DNA of 64,000 nt from a virus. Below are positions 55,522 to 64,000 of this stretch, one piece after another (position 1 is the stretch's first letter; every line of letters starts with the position of its first letter). The DNA lies in IMG/VR virus record IMGVR_UViG_3300043411_001170, positions 73,688 to 137,687 of that record; one strand, given 5' to 3'. The position numbers and the translations under genes are program-made. Below the pieces are notes generated by a model, which saw only the letters and a program-made list of their open reading frames with translations, made no database searches and had not been told where the DNA came from.

Positions 55522-56724
55522 ATGGCAATAGATTTAAAGTCGTTGAAGGCCACTGTCGGTAAACTATCGGATAAATTCAAAAATAGAACAGTGGTAACAA
55601 TAGAAGACACTTCTTTTGCATTGGAGTTAATAACTCCATTACAAGAAGCCGAATGTCAAAAATACGCTCTGGAGATTTTACAGGATTTAAAGGAGGGTGA
55701 AGATGCAAGTCAACCCTACTTAGTTATGTATTGGGATAGAATGAGGGATAGGTGTCTATCTTTTGCGATTAAGCAGATAAATGGGGAGGATATTCCAGAA
55801 TTTTTGGAAACAGGAGATCTAACAAAAGATGGAAAACCTGTTAAGATGGAAAGGTCTAAAATTCTTTTAGGTATGATCCGACAATGGACAAGACCTTTAT
55901 TACATGCTCTATTTTTCGCATACGGAAAATTAGCAGAGGATGCAGAAGTAGATGCAGATAAGTATATTGATTACTCGTCTAAAAATATCGATACCCATAT
56001 AGAAATAATGGAAGGTCGTTTAGAGCGTTTAAGAGAATCAAAAGCTGCACAGGTGAAAAATACAGTGTCTCTTGTAACTTCCCAAATGGAAAACTATGCA
56101 AAAGCAGAAGAAGCCAGAAGACAAGATAGACAACAAATTATTGATTCTCCAAATCCTATTGGAAAAGAACCTAACTTATCTAAACCTACTGTAAGTGATA
56201 AAGAACCCAAAGAGGATAATTATACAGAAGTCGATGAGGCATTAGTAGATTTAGACACTGATTCTATTATGTCTGTTCCACTAAAAGAGCCAAATAAATA
56301 TGTTCCTGAAACTAACCCTGTAAATAAAAATAAAGGTTCGTTTACTAAGCCAGAACCCGACGAAAATGTAAATTTTGTCCCTACTAAAGCAAATAGAAAT
56401 GATGAACCCCCAGAAGTGTTTTATTATCCACCAAAAGGAAAAAATTGGGATGAGATAGAATCTGATCCTGTTAAATCTGAACCTGTAAAATCACGTGCTG
56501 ATAAACAAGCTGGGACACTTGAAAAGATAAAAGGATCTATTTTACATGGAAGTATGGATCAATTTTTGGCTACATTACAACCAAAGGATCAAAGCTTTGT
56601 AAGACGTTTCGGAATTGAAAAATATGCAAAATCACTCGATGATGGAACCATAAATGAGTGGAGAGCTAGTAACGATAAAAGAAAGGTTCCAATGCCCTCT
56701 CCTGTTCCTCAACAAAAGAGATAA
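55522..56724 (+). CDS. Tail assembly chaperone 1
   Basis: Between tube and TMP; ATG at 55522 after GAGGT (the TTG at 55474 lies in the terminator); disordered C-terminal half. Confidence 0.6.
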   Translation: MAIDLKSLKATVGKLSDKFKNRTVVTIEDTSFALELITPLQEAECQKYALEILQDLKEGEDASQPYLVMYWDRMRDRCLSFAIKQINGEDIPEFLETGDLTKDGKPVKMERSKILLGMIRQWTRPLLHALFFAYGKLAEDAEVDADKYIDYSSKNIDTHIEIMEGRLERLRESKAAQVKNTVSLVTSQMENYAKAEEARRQDRQQIIDSPNPIGKEPNLSKPTVSDKEPKEDNYTEVDEALVDLDTDSIMSVPLKEPNKYVPETNPVNKNKGSFTKPEPDENVNFVPTKANRNDEPPEVFYYPPKGKNWDEIESDPVKSEPVKSRADKQAGTLEKIKGSILHGSMDQFLATLQPKDQSFVRRFGIEKYAKSLDDGTINEWRASNDKRKVPMPSPVPQQKR

Positions 56725-56727
56725 TAA

Positions 56728-58023
56728 ATGTTGAACTCTTTTGAAGCCCCTATAGTTGAAGAAACTGAGGACGATGGTTCTTCGTCGTTTTCTAAAAATA
56801 AGGTATTAAGTCCAGAAGAACAAAAACAGTCTTTGAAAGATAAAGCCTTATTCTCATCTTTAAAAAATCTTCCTAGAACCACATATGATCAAAGAAAGAG
56901 CTTATATACTGAGGTAGAAGATTTTTTATTTAGGGGCTTTATTTCAGAAAGTGTTTGCATACACGATATTCCCATTGCGTTGCGAACACTTTCCGCAAAT
57001 GATTTATTTTTTATGCGCTCTATGACCTATCCCTCAATGACTATGGGGGAATGGAAATTAATATGTTTGGCGAAAAGTATTTGGATGTGGGATGGTTATA
57101 ATCTGCTAGGAGATCCAAATGCTTTTAATCTATTACGGAAAAATTTAAATGACCTATCCCCACAATCGATAGACTATCTATACTCAATTTATATACGTCT
57201 TTTAAATAAAGAAAATGAGAATAGAGATGCTATCGATCTTTATTCTCTGGAATTTTATTCCAGAAGAATGTGGGCTATTTATAAAAAATATAGATTAAAT
57301 TCAGTGACAGTGACAGGAATAGAAGGAACAGAAAATATTTCTTTAAATATGTTGCAAAAATTATGGATTCTACATAATCAGACAGAAGATTCAGTAGAAG
57401 AATATATGAATAGGTGGGATTTAGTAAAAGCTAGTATGTCCCCTCATGCACATAAACAAATTAAACAATTAAATACAAGAGATGAGGCTAAAAAAATGGA
57501 TAATGAAAAGAGAAAACAAGCTCAATTAGACCATTTTTATTACCGAACAATCGGAATGTTAAAAGATCAAGAATTTATTTTCAAGGACGCTCTAACAAGA
57601 TTAAAAACGATTGATGAATTAAATAAAGAATACGAAAATTGGGTAGATGGTGTAAAAGATAGCCATGATCTTATCGTTGAACAATGGAAATTAGCCATTG
57701 CAAATAAGATGAAAGAAGAAGAAGAAAGAATCCAAGCTGCACAGAGCGAGATGTTTAAAATTGAATATCATGAATCAGATGAGCGACCTAAAATTGTTGC
57801 CTATACTACACAACAATTAATAGATTTAGGAATTATCGGGAAACCTTCTCAAAATTACGCAGTTATTTCAGATTCTAACGGATTAGCTACTCAAAAAAGC
57901 TATATCAAGAAACAATTTGAAAGAGATGGGACTTTAGATAAAGTCGAAGATAGACCGAAAATTAAAAATAATGGGCCAAGAATCACGACTTTAGATAAAA
58001 TAAATAAACTAAATAATGAGTAA
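56728..58023 (+). CDS. Tail assembly chaperone 2 (paralogous domain to chaperone 1)
   Basis: Directly upstream of TMP; colinear similarity to the chaperone 1 N-domain. Confidence 0.6.
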   Translation: MLNSFEAPIVEETEDDGSSSFSKNKVLSPEEQKQSLKDKALFSSLKNLPRTTYDQRKSLYTEVEDFLFRGFISESVCIHDIPIALRTLSANDLFFMRSMTYPSMTMGEWKLICLAKSIWMWDGYNLLGDPNAFNLLRKNLNDLSPQSIDYLYSIYIRLLNKENENRDAIDLYSLEFYSRRMWAIYKKYRLNSVTVTGIEGTENISLNMLQKLWILHNQTEDSVEEYMNRWDLVKASMSPHAHKQIKQLNTRDEAKKMDNEKRKQAQLDHFYYRTIGMLKDQEFIFKDALTRLKTIDELNKEYENWVDGVKDSHDLIVEQWKLAIANKMKEEEERIQAAQSEMFKIEYHESDERPKIVAYTTQQLIDLGIIGKPSQNYAVISDSNGLATQKSYIKKQFERDGTLDKVEDRPKIKNNGPRITTLDKINKLNNE

Positions 58024-58033
58024 TACTTGAATT

Positions 58034-61000
58034 ATGTCTAATTTCACGCTCAATCTAAATTCTAATCTCACATCTATTGAAGCTGATCTAAAGAAATTAT
58101 TTAGTAAGTATTCAACACTTAATACGGGTTTTAGTGCGAATTCTATTAAAAATATAAATAATATGGTGAACACTGTAAATCAGGGGTTCACACAGGCTGG
58201 ACAGAATTTCGTACAAAATATGAAGTTAGCGGATAAGCAGTCTAAAGGGATTATTACAAATATCCTAAGAGGAACTGCTAGCATGACTAAAGGAGTGGAG
58301 AAAGCTGCAAAAGCAGCAAGAAATATTAGAGCTTTTGAAGACGTAGGAATGATCTCTGGCGCTTTTGATGGTGTGGGAGACGCATTAAAAAATTTAGGAA
58401 AAGGAGCTAAACAATTCAGTAATTTATTGAGAGCTTCAGCTTCTCAATCGACAGGAATGAAAAAAGGAATACTGTCTATGGCTTCAAAAGGTACTGCTGC
58501 TTTAGGTCCAATGCTAGCAATGGCAGGATCAATAGCAGGTGCCTTTGCAAGTGTTATTGCAGTAATGATTGATGCAGAAGCACAAGCCAAACAGATGAAT
58601 AAGACATTGTTGGAAGGTGGTGTATCGGCTGTAGATTTAGGAGCTAGTATAGGCGGTGTCAATAAGTCATTAAAAATAGCCAGAGATGCGGCAGTAGACT
58701 TTCATAATAATTTAAGTTTTGGTACTACTTCAGAAGATCAATTAAGATTAATTACAAATTTTAATAATATGGGTGTTAGTTTAAAACTTTTGGGAAAAGA
58801 CGCCGCAGAATCAACAGATAAAATAAAAGCTTTTCAAGATTTAACGAAAGTATCCATTGTCTATTCAAAGATAATGGGCGTTTCTATGGATCAAGTTGCA
58901 GAAGTGCAGGGTGAATATATGAAAGATCTTGGCCAATCGTTAAAAACGGTTGAACAAGGATTTGCCACTGTATTTCAAGCGTCTATGTCAGCAGGATTTG
59001 GAACATCTAGGTTCTTTTCAATGGTTACACAAGCCACATCAGGCTTGGCCATGTATAACGTAAGAACGGAACAAACGGCTGGATTAATGGTAATGCTTTC
59101 AAAAGTATTATCACCAGAAAATGCAGGAAAATTCCTACAGTCTTTAACTAAGGGTTATGGGGATTTAGGATACCAAGAAAGAGTAAAAAAGATATTAATT
59201 GCAGGAAATGATACTACAAAGAAGATATTTGAAGTAGAAGCTAAGAATATGGCAGAAGCCTTTACTAAAAATCTACAAAGTAAAGGAGATATAGGTAAAC
59301 AGTTTGCTACTGAATTTGGAATTAATTTAGAAGATCCCTCTGGAATGGTTGATCAATTCAAGAAAATGTCAGATCAACAAAAGGCAACCGCTGTAGCAAA
59401 GAGTAGATTAATAGATCCTACTGGCGGTTTAGCTAAAGAAATGTCTAAGATGATTGAATTATCAAAGGGAACGAATGGAAATATGGATGATATGGCTAAG
59501 GGCTTGGACCAGTTAGGTCCAGGTGGTGTATTGGCCATGCAGATGTCACAAAATATTGGTGGTGTGCTAAAACCCTTTCATGAACGAAGCATAGAAGAGT
59601 TAATGGCTACTGAATCCTTTGCAGGATATTCAGGAGAACAATTATTAGAAATGAGAAGAATCAGTGAGACTTTATATGGTAATTATGATCAAGCTAAGGA
59701 AATGTCTAAATCTGTGATGTCTTTGAGAAAAACAGATCCAGGCAAAGCTGAAGAAATGAATAAAAAGATGGCTGAAGCATTTGGTTTAGCTGTAGATGAA
59801 AGTGGTAAATTAGTACAAGCAGCAGTTACTACAGACATAGAGACGAACAAACAAATAGTGACAATGGGTTCAGAAGTATCCGACATGCAGAGTTATATTG
59901 TTACTCAAGGTGATGCCTTTGAGAATATAGCAACAGAAGAAACAGTTGATAAGCAGACAGCATTAGCAATGGAAACAGCAAAGAATACAACTGATATTGC
60001 CACAATTATGAAATTAGGTGTCGAATATTTCTTAGAGCAGATTTATGGAAATTTAACTGGACTAGGCGATATCTTTATTGATCTATATAATTGGTTTACA
60101 AAGGATTCTGGAAGTAAACTAGTAGGTAAAGAAAAAAGAGGAACATTAAAAGAAGACATTGATGGGAGTATTAAACAACTAAATGATACAATGTCGGAAA
60201 GAGCAAAGAAAATTGCGGAGGCGGAAAGAAAAGTTAATACTTCTTCTGGACAAAAAAGAGCGGATGCCAAGAAGGAATTGGAAGCACTTACAGCGGCTCA
60301 GACCACAGATAAAGGATCAGTTGAAGCATTAAAGAAGCAAGCTACTAAATTATCAGGTCCGTTAACTCAACAGGTATTTGATGAGATAAGCAAAGCTGTA
60401 AATGATAATAAAACGGTTGCTGCGGTAGGTGCCGACAAAGCTGCTGCAATTCAAGCAGCTGCTGGTGGGGCAGGTTCAAAAGAAATTGCAGATGCAACTA
60501 TAAAAGCTGCTGCTAATGGACAAGTTGTAGTAGGTGGTGTAGTTGCCAACGCACAAGATAATACTAATATAAATAAGGCTCAATCCAAAGTAGATGAAAA
60601 AACAGATGCCATATCAGAAATACAAAAAGATCAATCCCAAGGATGGGGAATGGGGGCTATAGATACCTTAGTAGATTTAGGAAGCGGAAATGTAGGAGGT
60701 GCTGCACAGAGAATGGGATCTGCTATTGAAGAAGCTAATCTTACAGGGGGAGGGGCTTGGGTAGGAAAGAATATGGGAGGGGCTTTAGGAAAGGAGATAG
60801 GGTTAGAAAAAGAAGGATTAGTATTAGGTGAATTTGCAGGTGCTATGACTGGAGGTATGTTAGACCTTACCGCTGATTTAGGTGGACTATTTTACGAAAA
60901 TAGAGAGGAAGAAAAGAAGAGATTAGAAGAAGAAGCAGCAATAGCCCAATTAGAAGTAAATAAAAAAGTTAATGCAAAAGCATCTTTGCAGGCAGCCTTT

Positions 61001-62194
61001 GGTGATACGACTGCCTTAGACAGCCTTTCTTATAGTGAAAGAGAAGTCGGTGGAGATATTCCTCAGTCTGTAAAAGACTTACAATACACGGTGGAAACAT
61101 TATTTGAAGGTACAAAAGGTGCTGGTGGAACTTTAGAGAAGATGGGTTTATCGGATGCTAGTGGAAACGTTTTATTAGGTTCAGGAGAAAATATTAGTGA
61201 AGATGCTCTTATGGAGCAACTAAAAGGGCAAGCATTTAAACATTTAGAAAGTGTTGGTGCCTTTGCTGGAGATCCTGCTGAAGCTTCTGCAAGAATACAA
61301 GAAGCAATGCCTTTATTGATACAGGGTTATTTAGATCAATTAATGGCAGAAAAAGCAGGCATGGCTGCTATTGGCGGTGCTTCTGATTTTAGTATGCAAA
61401 CAGCAGGAGGAATTGACACTGTATTTGGAGGAACAAAAGAAGAAAAATTGGGATTAGCTGCTGTTGTAGGAGCACAGGGTCAACAAGATGTTACAAAAGC
61501 TCTTGCAATGGCTTCTCCTGGTGGGGCAGAATTTGAAGAAGTGTTGAATGCTTCAGCAGAAGTTAGCGATGCTAAATTAATAGAAGCAGAATCATTAAAT
61601 TTCCAAAAACTAATGGCCTTAGATGAGGAATTACAGAAAAAAGGATTACCAGAAGAAAAACAGCAGAAAACAGATCAAGCTAAAGAAATTGCTAAAGAGA
61701 TGCAAAAAGAATCCGAGATTGCAAAAATCAACGATTTCTTTGATGCAATCAAAGCAACGGGTGTCGATGCTGAATCATTGAGGAAGAGAGCATTAAAGAG
61801 CGGGAGTTTGCGAGGATTTGAAACAGATATAACAAATAAGTTAACAGAAGTAGCAGATACAAATCTTCCTGGATTAATGCGTTCTCTTAATAAAATATCT
61901 CCTGCCACTGTATCTCAAGTCGTCAGTACAGCTAATAAGGGATCAGCAGGTGCTAGGTTTCAAGGATTTGAAACACCTAACGACTTTATCGTGGCAGGAA
62001 ATAGATATATAGAGCCAAGCAGTAAAGATACAGTTATTGGATTTATGCCTGGAGGACCAGTAGATCAGGCAATGTCTAATAAAAAGACAGCGGCTGGTGG
62101 TGGAGGCATTGTTAATATACATATTAACGGTGGAAATCAACAAGAAGTCTACAATACGGTTATGAAGGTGTTGACGACTCTAGGGATTGCGTAA
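58034..62194 (+). CDS. Tape measure protein
   Basis: 1386 aa, A/G/K/M-rich and helical, one hydrophobic segment; ends 'NDFI...PSSKDTVIGFMPGGPV...GGGIVNIHING...VYNTVMKVL' as is typical of TMP tails. Confidence 0.85.
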   Translation: MSNFTLNLNSNLTSIEADLKKLFSKYSTLNTGFSANSIKNINNMVNTVNQGFTQAGQNFVQNMKLADKQSKGIITNILRGTASMTKGVEKAAKAARNIRAFEDVGMISGAFDGVGDALKNLGKGAKQFSNLLRASASQSTGMKKGILSMASKGTAALGPMLAMAGSIAGAFASVIAVMIDAEAQAKQMNKTLLEGGVSAVDLGASIGGVNKSLKIARDAAVDFHNNLSFGTTSEDQLRLITNFNNMGVSLKLLGKDAAESTDKIKAFQDLTKVSIVYSKIMGVSMDQVAEVQGEYMKDLGQSLKTVEQGFATVFQASMSAGFGTSRFFSMVTQATSGLAMYNVRTEQTAGLMVMLSKVLSPENAGKFLQSLTKGYGDLGYQERVKKILIAGNDTTKKIFEVEAKNMAEAFTKNLQSKGDIGKQFATEFGINLEDPSGMVDQFKKMSDQQKATAVAKSRLIDPTGGLAKEMSKMIELSKGTNGNMDDMAKGLDQLGPGGVLAMQMSQNIGGVLKPFHERSIEELMATESFAGYSGEQLLEMRRISETLYGNYDQAKEMSKSVMSLRKTDPGKAEEMNKKMAEAFGLAVDESGKLVQAAVTTDIETNKQIVTMGSEVSDMQSYIVTQGDAFENIATEETVDKQTALAMETAKNTTDIATIMKLGVEYFLEQIYGNLTGLGDIFIDLYNWFTKDSGSKLVGKEKRGTLKEDIDGSIKQLNDTMSERAKKIAEAERKVNTSSGQKRADAKKELEALTAAQTTDKGSVEALKKQATKLSGPLTQQVFDEISKAVNDNKTVAAVGADKAAAIQAAAGGAGSKEIADATIKAAANGQVVVGGVVANAQDNTNINKAQSKVDEKTDAISEIQKDQSQGWGMGAIDTLVDLGSGNVGGAAQRMGSAIEEANLTGGGAWVGKNMGGALGKEIGLEKEGLVLGEFAGAMTGGMLDLTADLGGLFYENREEEKKRLEEEAAIAQLEVNKKVNAKASLQAAFGDTTALDSLSYSEREVGGDIPQSVKDLQYTVETLFEGTKGAGGTLEKMGLSDASGNVLLGSGENISEDALMEQLKGQAFKHLESVGAFAGDPAEASARIQEAMPLLIQGYLDQLMAEKAGMAAIGGASDFSMQTAGGIDTVFGGTKEEKLGLAAVVGAQGQQDVTKALAMASPGGAEFEEVLNASAEVSDAKLIEAESLNFQKLMALDEELQKKGLPEEKQQKTDQAKEIAKEMQKESEIAKINDFFDAIKATGVDAESLRKRALKSGSLRGFETDITNKLTEVADTNLPGLMRSLNKISPATVSQVVSTANKGSAGARFQGFETPNDFIVAGNRYIEPSSKDTVIGFMPGGPVDQAMSNKKTAAGGGGIVNIHINGGNQQEVYNTVMKVLTTLGIA

Positions 62195-62822
62195 CATTAT
62201 TTTTCCTAGCTACCTTTAACTTATTTTTAATGATTTCTTTCACTCTTTTTTCAATATAAGGAGAATATCCCTTCCAATTTTTATAGATAAAATTAGTCCT
62301 TAACCATTCATTAATTGCCTGTTTTTTATCTGCACCTGATAAAATCTGCTCTAATAAAATATCTAAATGTGGAACGTTACCGTTAATACTATTCGTCACA
62401 ACAGTATTTATTTCTTTTAATATTCCTGAACGGATTATCTCATAATCTTCTACTGTTAATAATTTAACTATATTAACACCTAAATGCACTACGATTTTAT
62501 TTCCGTGACTCTTTAATAAAGAGCTTTCTATATACTTTTGATCTATGTTATGAACATATTTTACTTGGGAAGCTTTTTCTTTATTATTTGTCCTAAGACT
62601 CCATACCAAACTATATAACTCAGCTATTAATAGACGATAATTTAGATTCTTTATAAGAAGACTCTTCAATACTGCATTTGATAGCACTTCATTTGCTTGT
62701 AATATGTAGTTAATATTTAATAAATTACTTCTTATCGCTTCCGTGTATATATCCTCTATTATCTTAGGGTCTTTAGGATCTAACACTAACATGTTAGCTA
62801 AGATCGTTAATTTTTCTGACAT
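62160..62822 (-). CDS. Hypothetical protein
   Basis: 220 aa, AT-rich, AGGA SD; overlaps the TMP 3' end by 35 nt. Confidence 0.6.
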   Translation of the reverse strand: MSEKLTILANMLVLDPKDPKIIEDIYTEAIRSNLLNINYILQANEVLSNAVLKSLLIKNLNYRLLIAELYSLVWSLRTNNKEKASQVKYVHNIDQKYIESSLLKSHGNKIVVHLGVNIVKLLTVEDYEIIRSGILKEINTVVTNSINGNVPHLDILLEQILSGADKKQAINEWLRTNFIYKNWKGYSPYIEKRVKEIIKNKLKVARKNNVTQSLESSTPS

Positions 62823-62845
62823 TTTTCTTCCTATCTTTGTTTCTA

Positions 62846-63223
62846 CTAACCCATTATATGCAGAGTTGCTTTTGCAATTACTCTTATTCTTGATGATTTT
62901 TCATATTTACTGTTACCATATTTTTCTACGGTATCTAAAAGTTGGTCGAAGATATAATCGTCAATCCAGTCTGCTGAAATTAATTGAGTTGTATATAAAC
63001 ATAACTCTTTGATTTTTTCACAGCAATTTGAATCGTTTAATTTACTTAATATTACTCTTACTAAGTCTTCGATTTCCTTCGACTCTTCAGTAATTTCTAC
63101 ACCAGACTCCGCAAAGTATTTTATTTTATCTCTTAAACATTCAAAAGTGATAATTTCTTTTTCTTTTTGTATGTTTGAAATATATTTTTCGTATCCTATA
63201 AGCTCTTTCATACTTATTCTCAT
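62846..63223 (-). CDS. Hypothetical protein
   Basis: 125 aa, ATGA-type overlap with the upstream minus-strand gene. Confidence 0.55.
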   Translation of the reverse strand: MRISMKELIGYEKYISNIQKEKEIITFECLRDKIKYFAESGVEITEESKEIEDLVRVILSKLNDSNCCEKIKELCLYTTQLISADWIDDYIFDQLLDTVEKYGNSKYEKSSRIRVIAKATLHIMG

Positions 63224-63933
63224 CTATGCACAGTCAACACCACTTCATCTTCTTTAAGATATATGATAGGATTTCTATTACGTCTTACTTTTATTAAAAA
63301 ATGTAGATTATCTTCAATTTCTATAAAATTTACTTTGGTGTCCGTAAGTAAATCAATATTTTTTGATATCTCTATTCTTGAATTTTTCAGTTCTTCGTCT
63401 ATTTTCTTTGAAATAAAGAACAAGTAAGGATTATTCTTCCTATATTCTTTTTCAGAGTCAGTTTCCGACTCTTGGCCAAACCACATATACCTATATTCAT
63501 AACTTATATTATTTGTTGTTAAGTACTTTAGTATATTACCAACCGACTTATTATATTCGTCTATACTCCATTTATATTCAAGATTATTCTTATAAGTAGA
63601 ATTTGATATACATATACTTTCTTCATTACTGCTACTACTAACAACACATAAATTATTAACCCACAATACTGCATTAAGATTATTAGTATAATTTTCTCTA
63701 TTTATTTTTATAATAGATTTTAAAACACACTCATTTAAATTATTGTAATTAATAGGAAATAATAAATCACTATCTAATGTATAAACACTAGAAAACTCCT
63801 TCATAGAAATCTCGATTTTATCACCATTGTCTAGCAATCCTTTTCTTCTCATTTCAATATTAAGTGACTTTGCAACTGATCTATCCATGTTATTAAGCAA
63901 AAGTCTTTGTGTTAAATCGTTTATCTTTTCCAT
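63220..63933 (-). CDS. Hypothetical protein
   Basis: 237 aa, N/I/K-rich, AAGGA SD upstream. Confidence 0.6.
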   Translation of the reverse strand: MEKINDLTQRLLLNNMDRSVAKSLNIEMRRKGLLDNGDKIEISMKEFSSVYTLDSDLLFPINYNNLNECVLKSIIKINRENYTNNLNAVLWVNNLCVVSSSSNEESICISNSTYKNNLEYKWSIDEYNKSVGNILKYLTTNNISYEYRYMWFGQESETDSEKEYRKNNPYLFFISKKIDEELKNSRIEISKNIDLLTDTKVNFIEIEDNLHFLIKVRRNRNPIIYLKEDEVVLTVHR

Positions 63934-64000
63934 GTTCTTCTTCCTTATCTTATCTATAGATAGTAAATAAATCTGTTTGCGTATTTATTTTAATTATTCC

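Noticed and set aside
56700-56730. Programmed frameshift or readthrough joining the tail chaperones
   Set aside because: Same frame with a double TAA stop and no slippery heptamer at the junction.
2117-62143. Many minus-strand and alternate-frame ORFs overlapping long genes (e.g. 2615..3079, 16778..17257, 18899..19432, 22673..23119, 51462..52367)
   Set aside because: Shadow ORFs of biased or low-complexity coding sequence (poly-Ser opposite Glu/Asp codons); no SD or recognisable motifs.
1-64000. Eukaryotic giant virus origin (Topo IB plus actin) or a non-viral contractile injection system
   Set aside because: SD sites, intrinsic terminators, GH25, terminase, portal and HK97-type capsid together with sheath and TMP indicate a bacterial tailed phage.
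1-64000. Stop-codon reassignment
   Set aside because: Core genes are full length in code 11; TAG and TGA occur as real stops (e.g. 20391, 28759, 39270).
1-64000. CRISPR array, tRNA or rRNA genes, IS elements
   Set aside because: Intergenic gaps are short and I saw no repeat-spacer arrays, cloverleaf motifs or transposase motifs. Not verified with tRNAscan or similar tools.

Overview
AT-rich (roughly one-third GC by eye), densely coding, almost entirely + strand segment of a large tailed dsDNA bacteriophage with a contractile tail (likely a jumbo myovirus). It uses the standard genetic code with GAGG(T) Shine-Dalgarno sites. The window holds most of the virion morphogenesis region in this order: putative internal head proteins, a GH25 muramidase, small and large terminase, portal, prohead protease, acidic scaffold, decoration protein, a compact HK97-fold major capsid protein, fibre/spike genes, neck and tail-completion proteins, a 1868-aa tail sheath, tail tube, two chaperones and the tape measure. 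Three AT-rich reverse-strand ORFs follow. The most unusual points are: (1) a pervasive K-x-A-[S/G] motif and an associated amphipathic helix in the scaffold, protease, portal and about a dozen unknown proteins, suggesting a capsid-targeting and maturation code; (2) a type IB topoisomerase with these motifs among the neck genes, possibly virion-delivered; (3) an MreB/MamK-like actin homolog with a coiled-coil partner inside the morphogenesis module; (4) a truncated, divergent paralog of the major capsid protein directly downstream of it; (5) one beta-rich domain reused in three structural genes and nested inside a copy of itself in the sheath; (6) tail chaperones apparently made by gene duplication rather than frameshifting. 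All homology calls come from motif recognition by eye; no searches were run.
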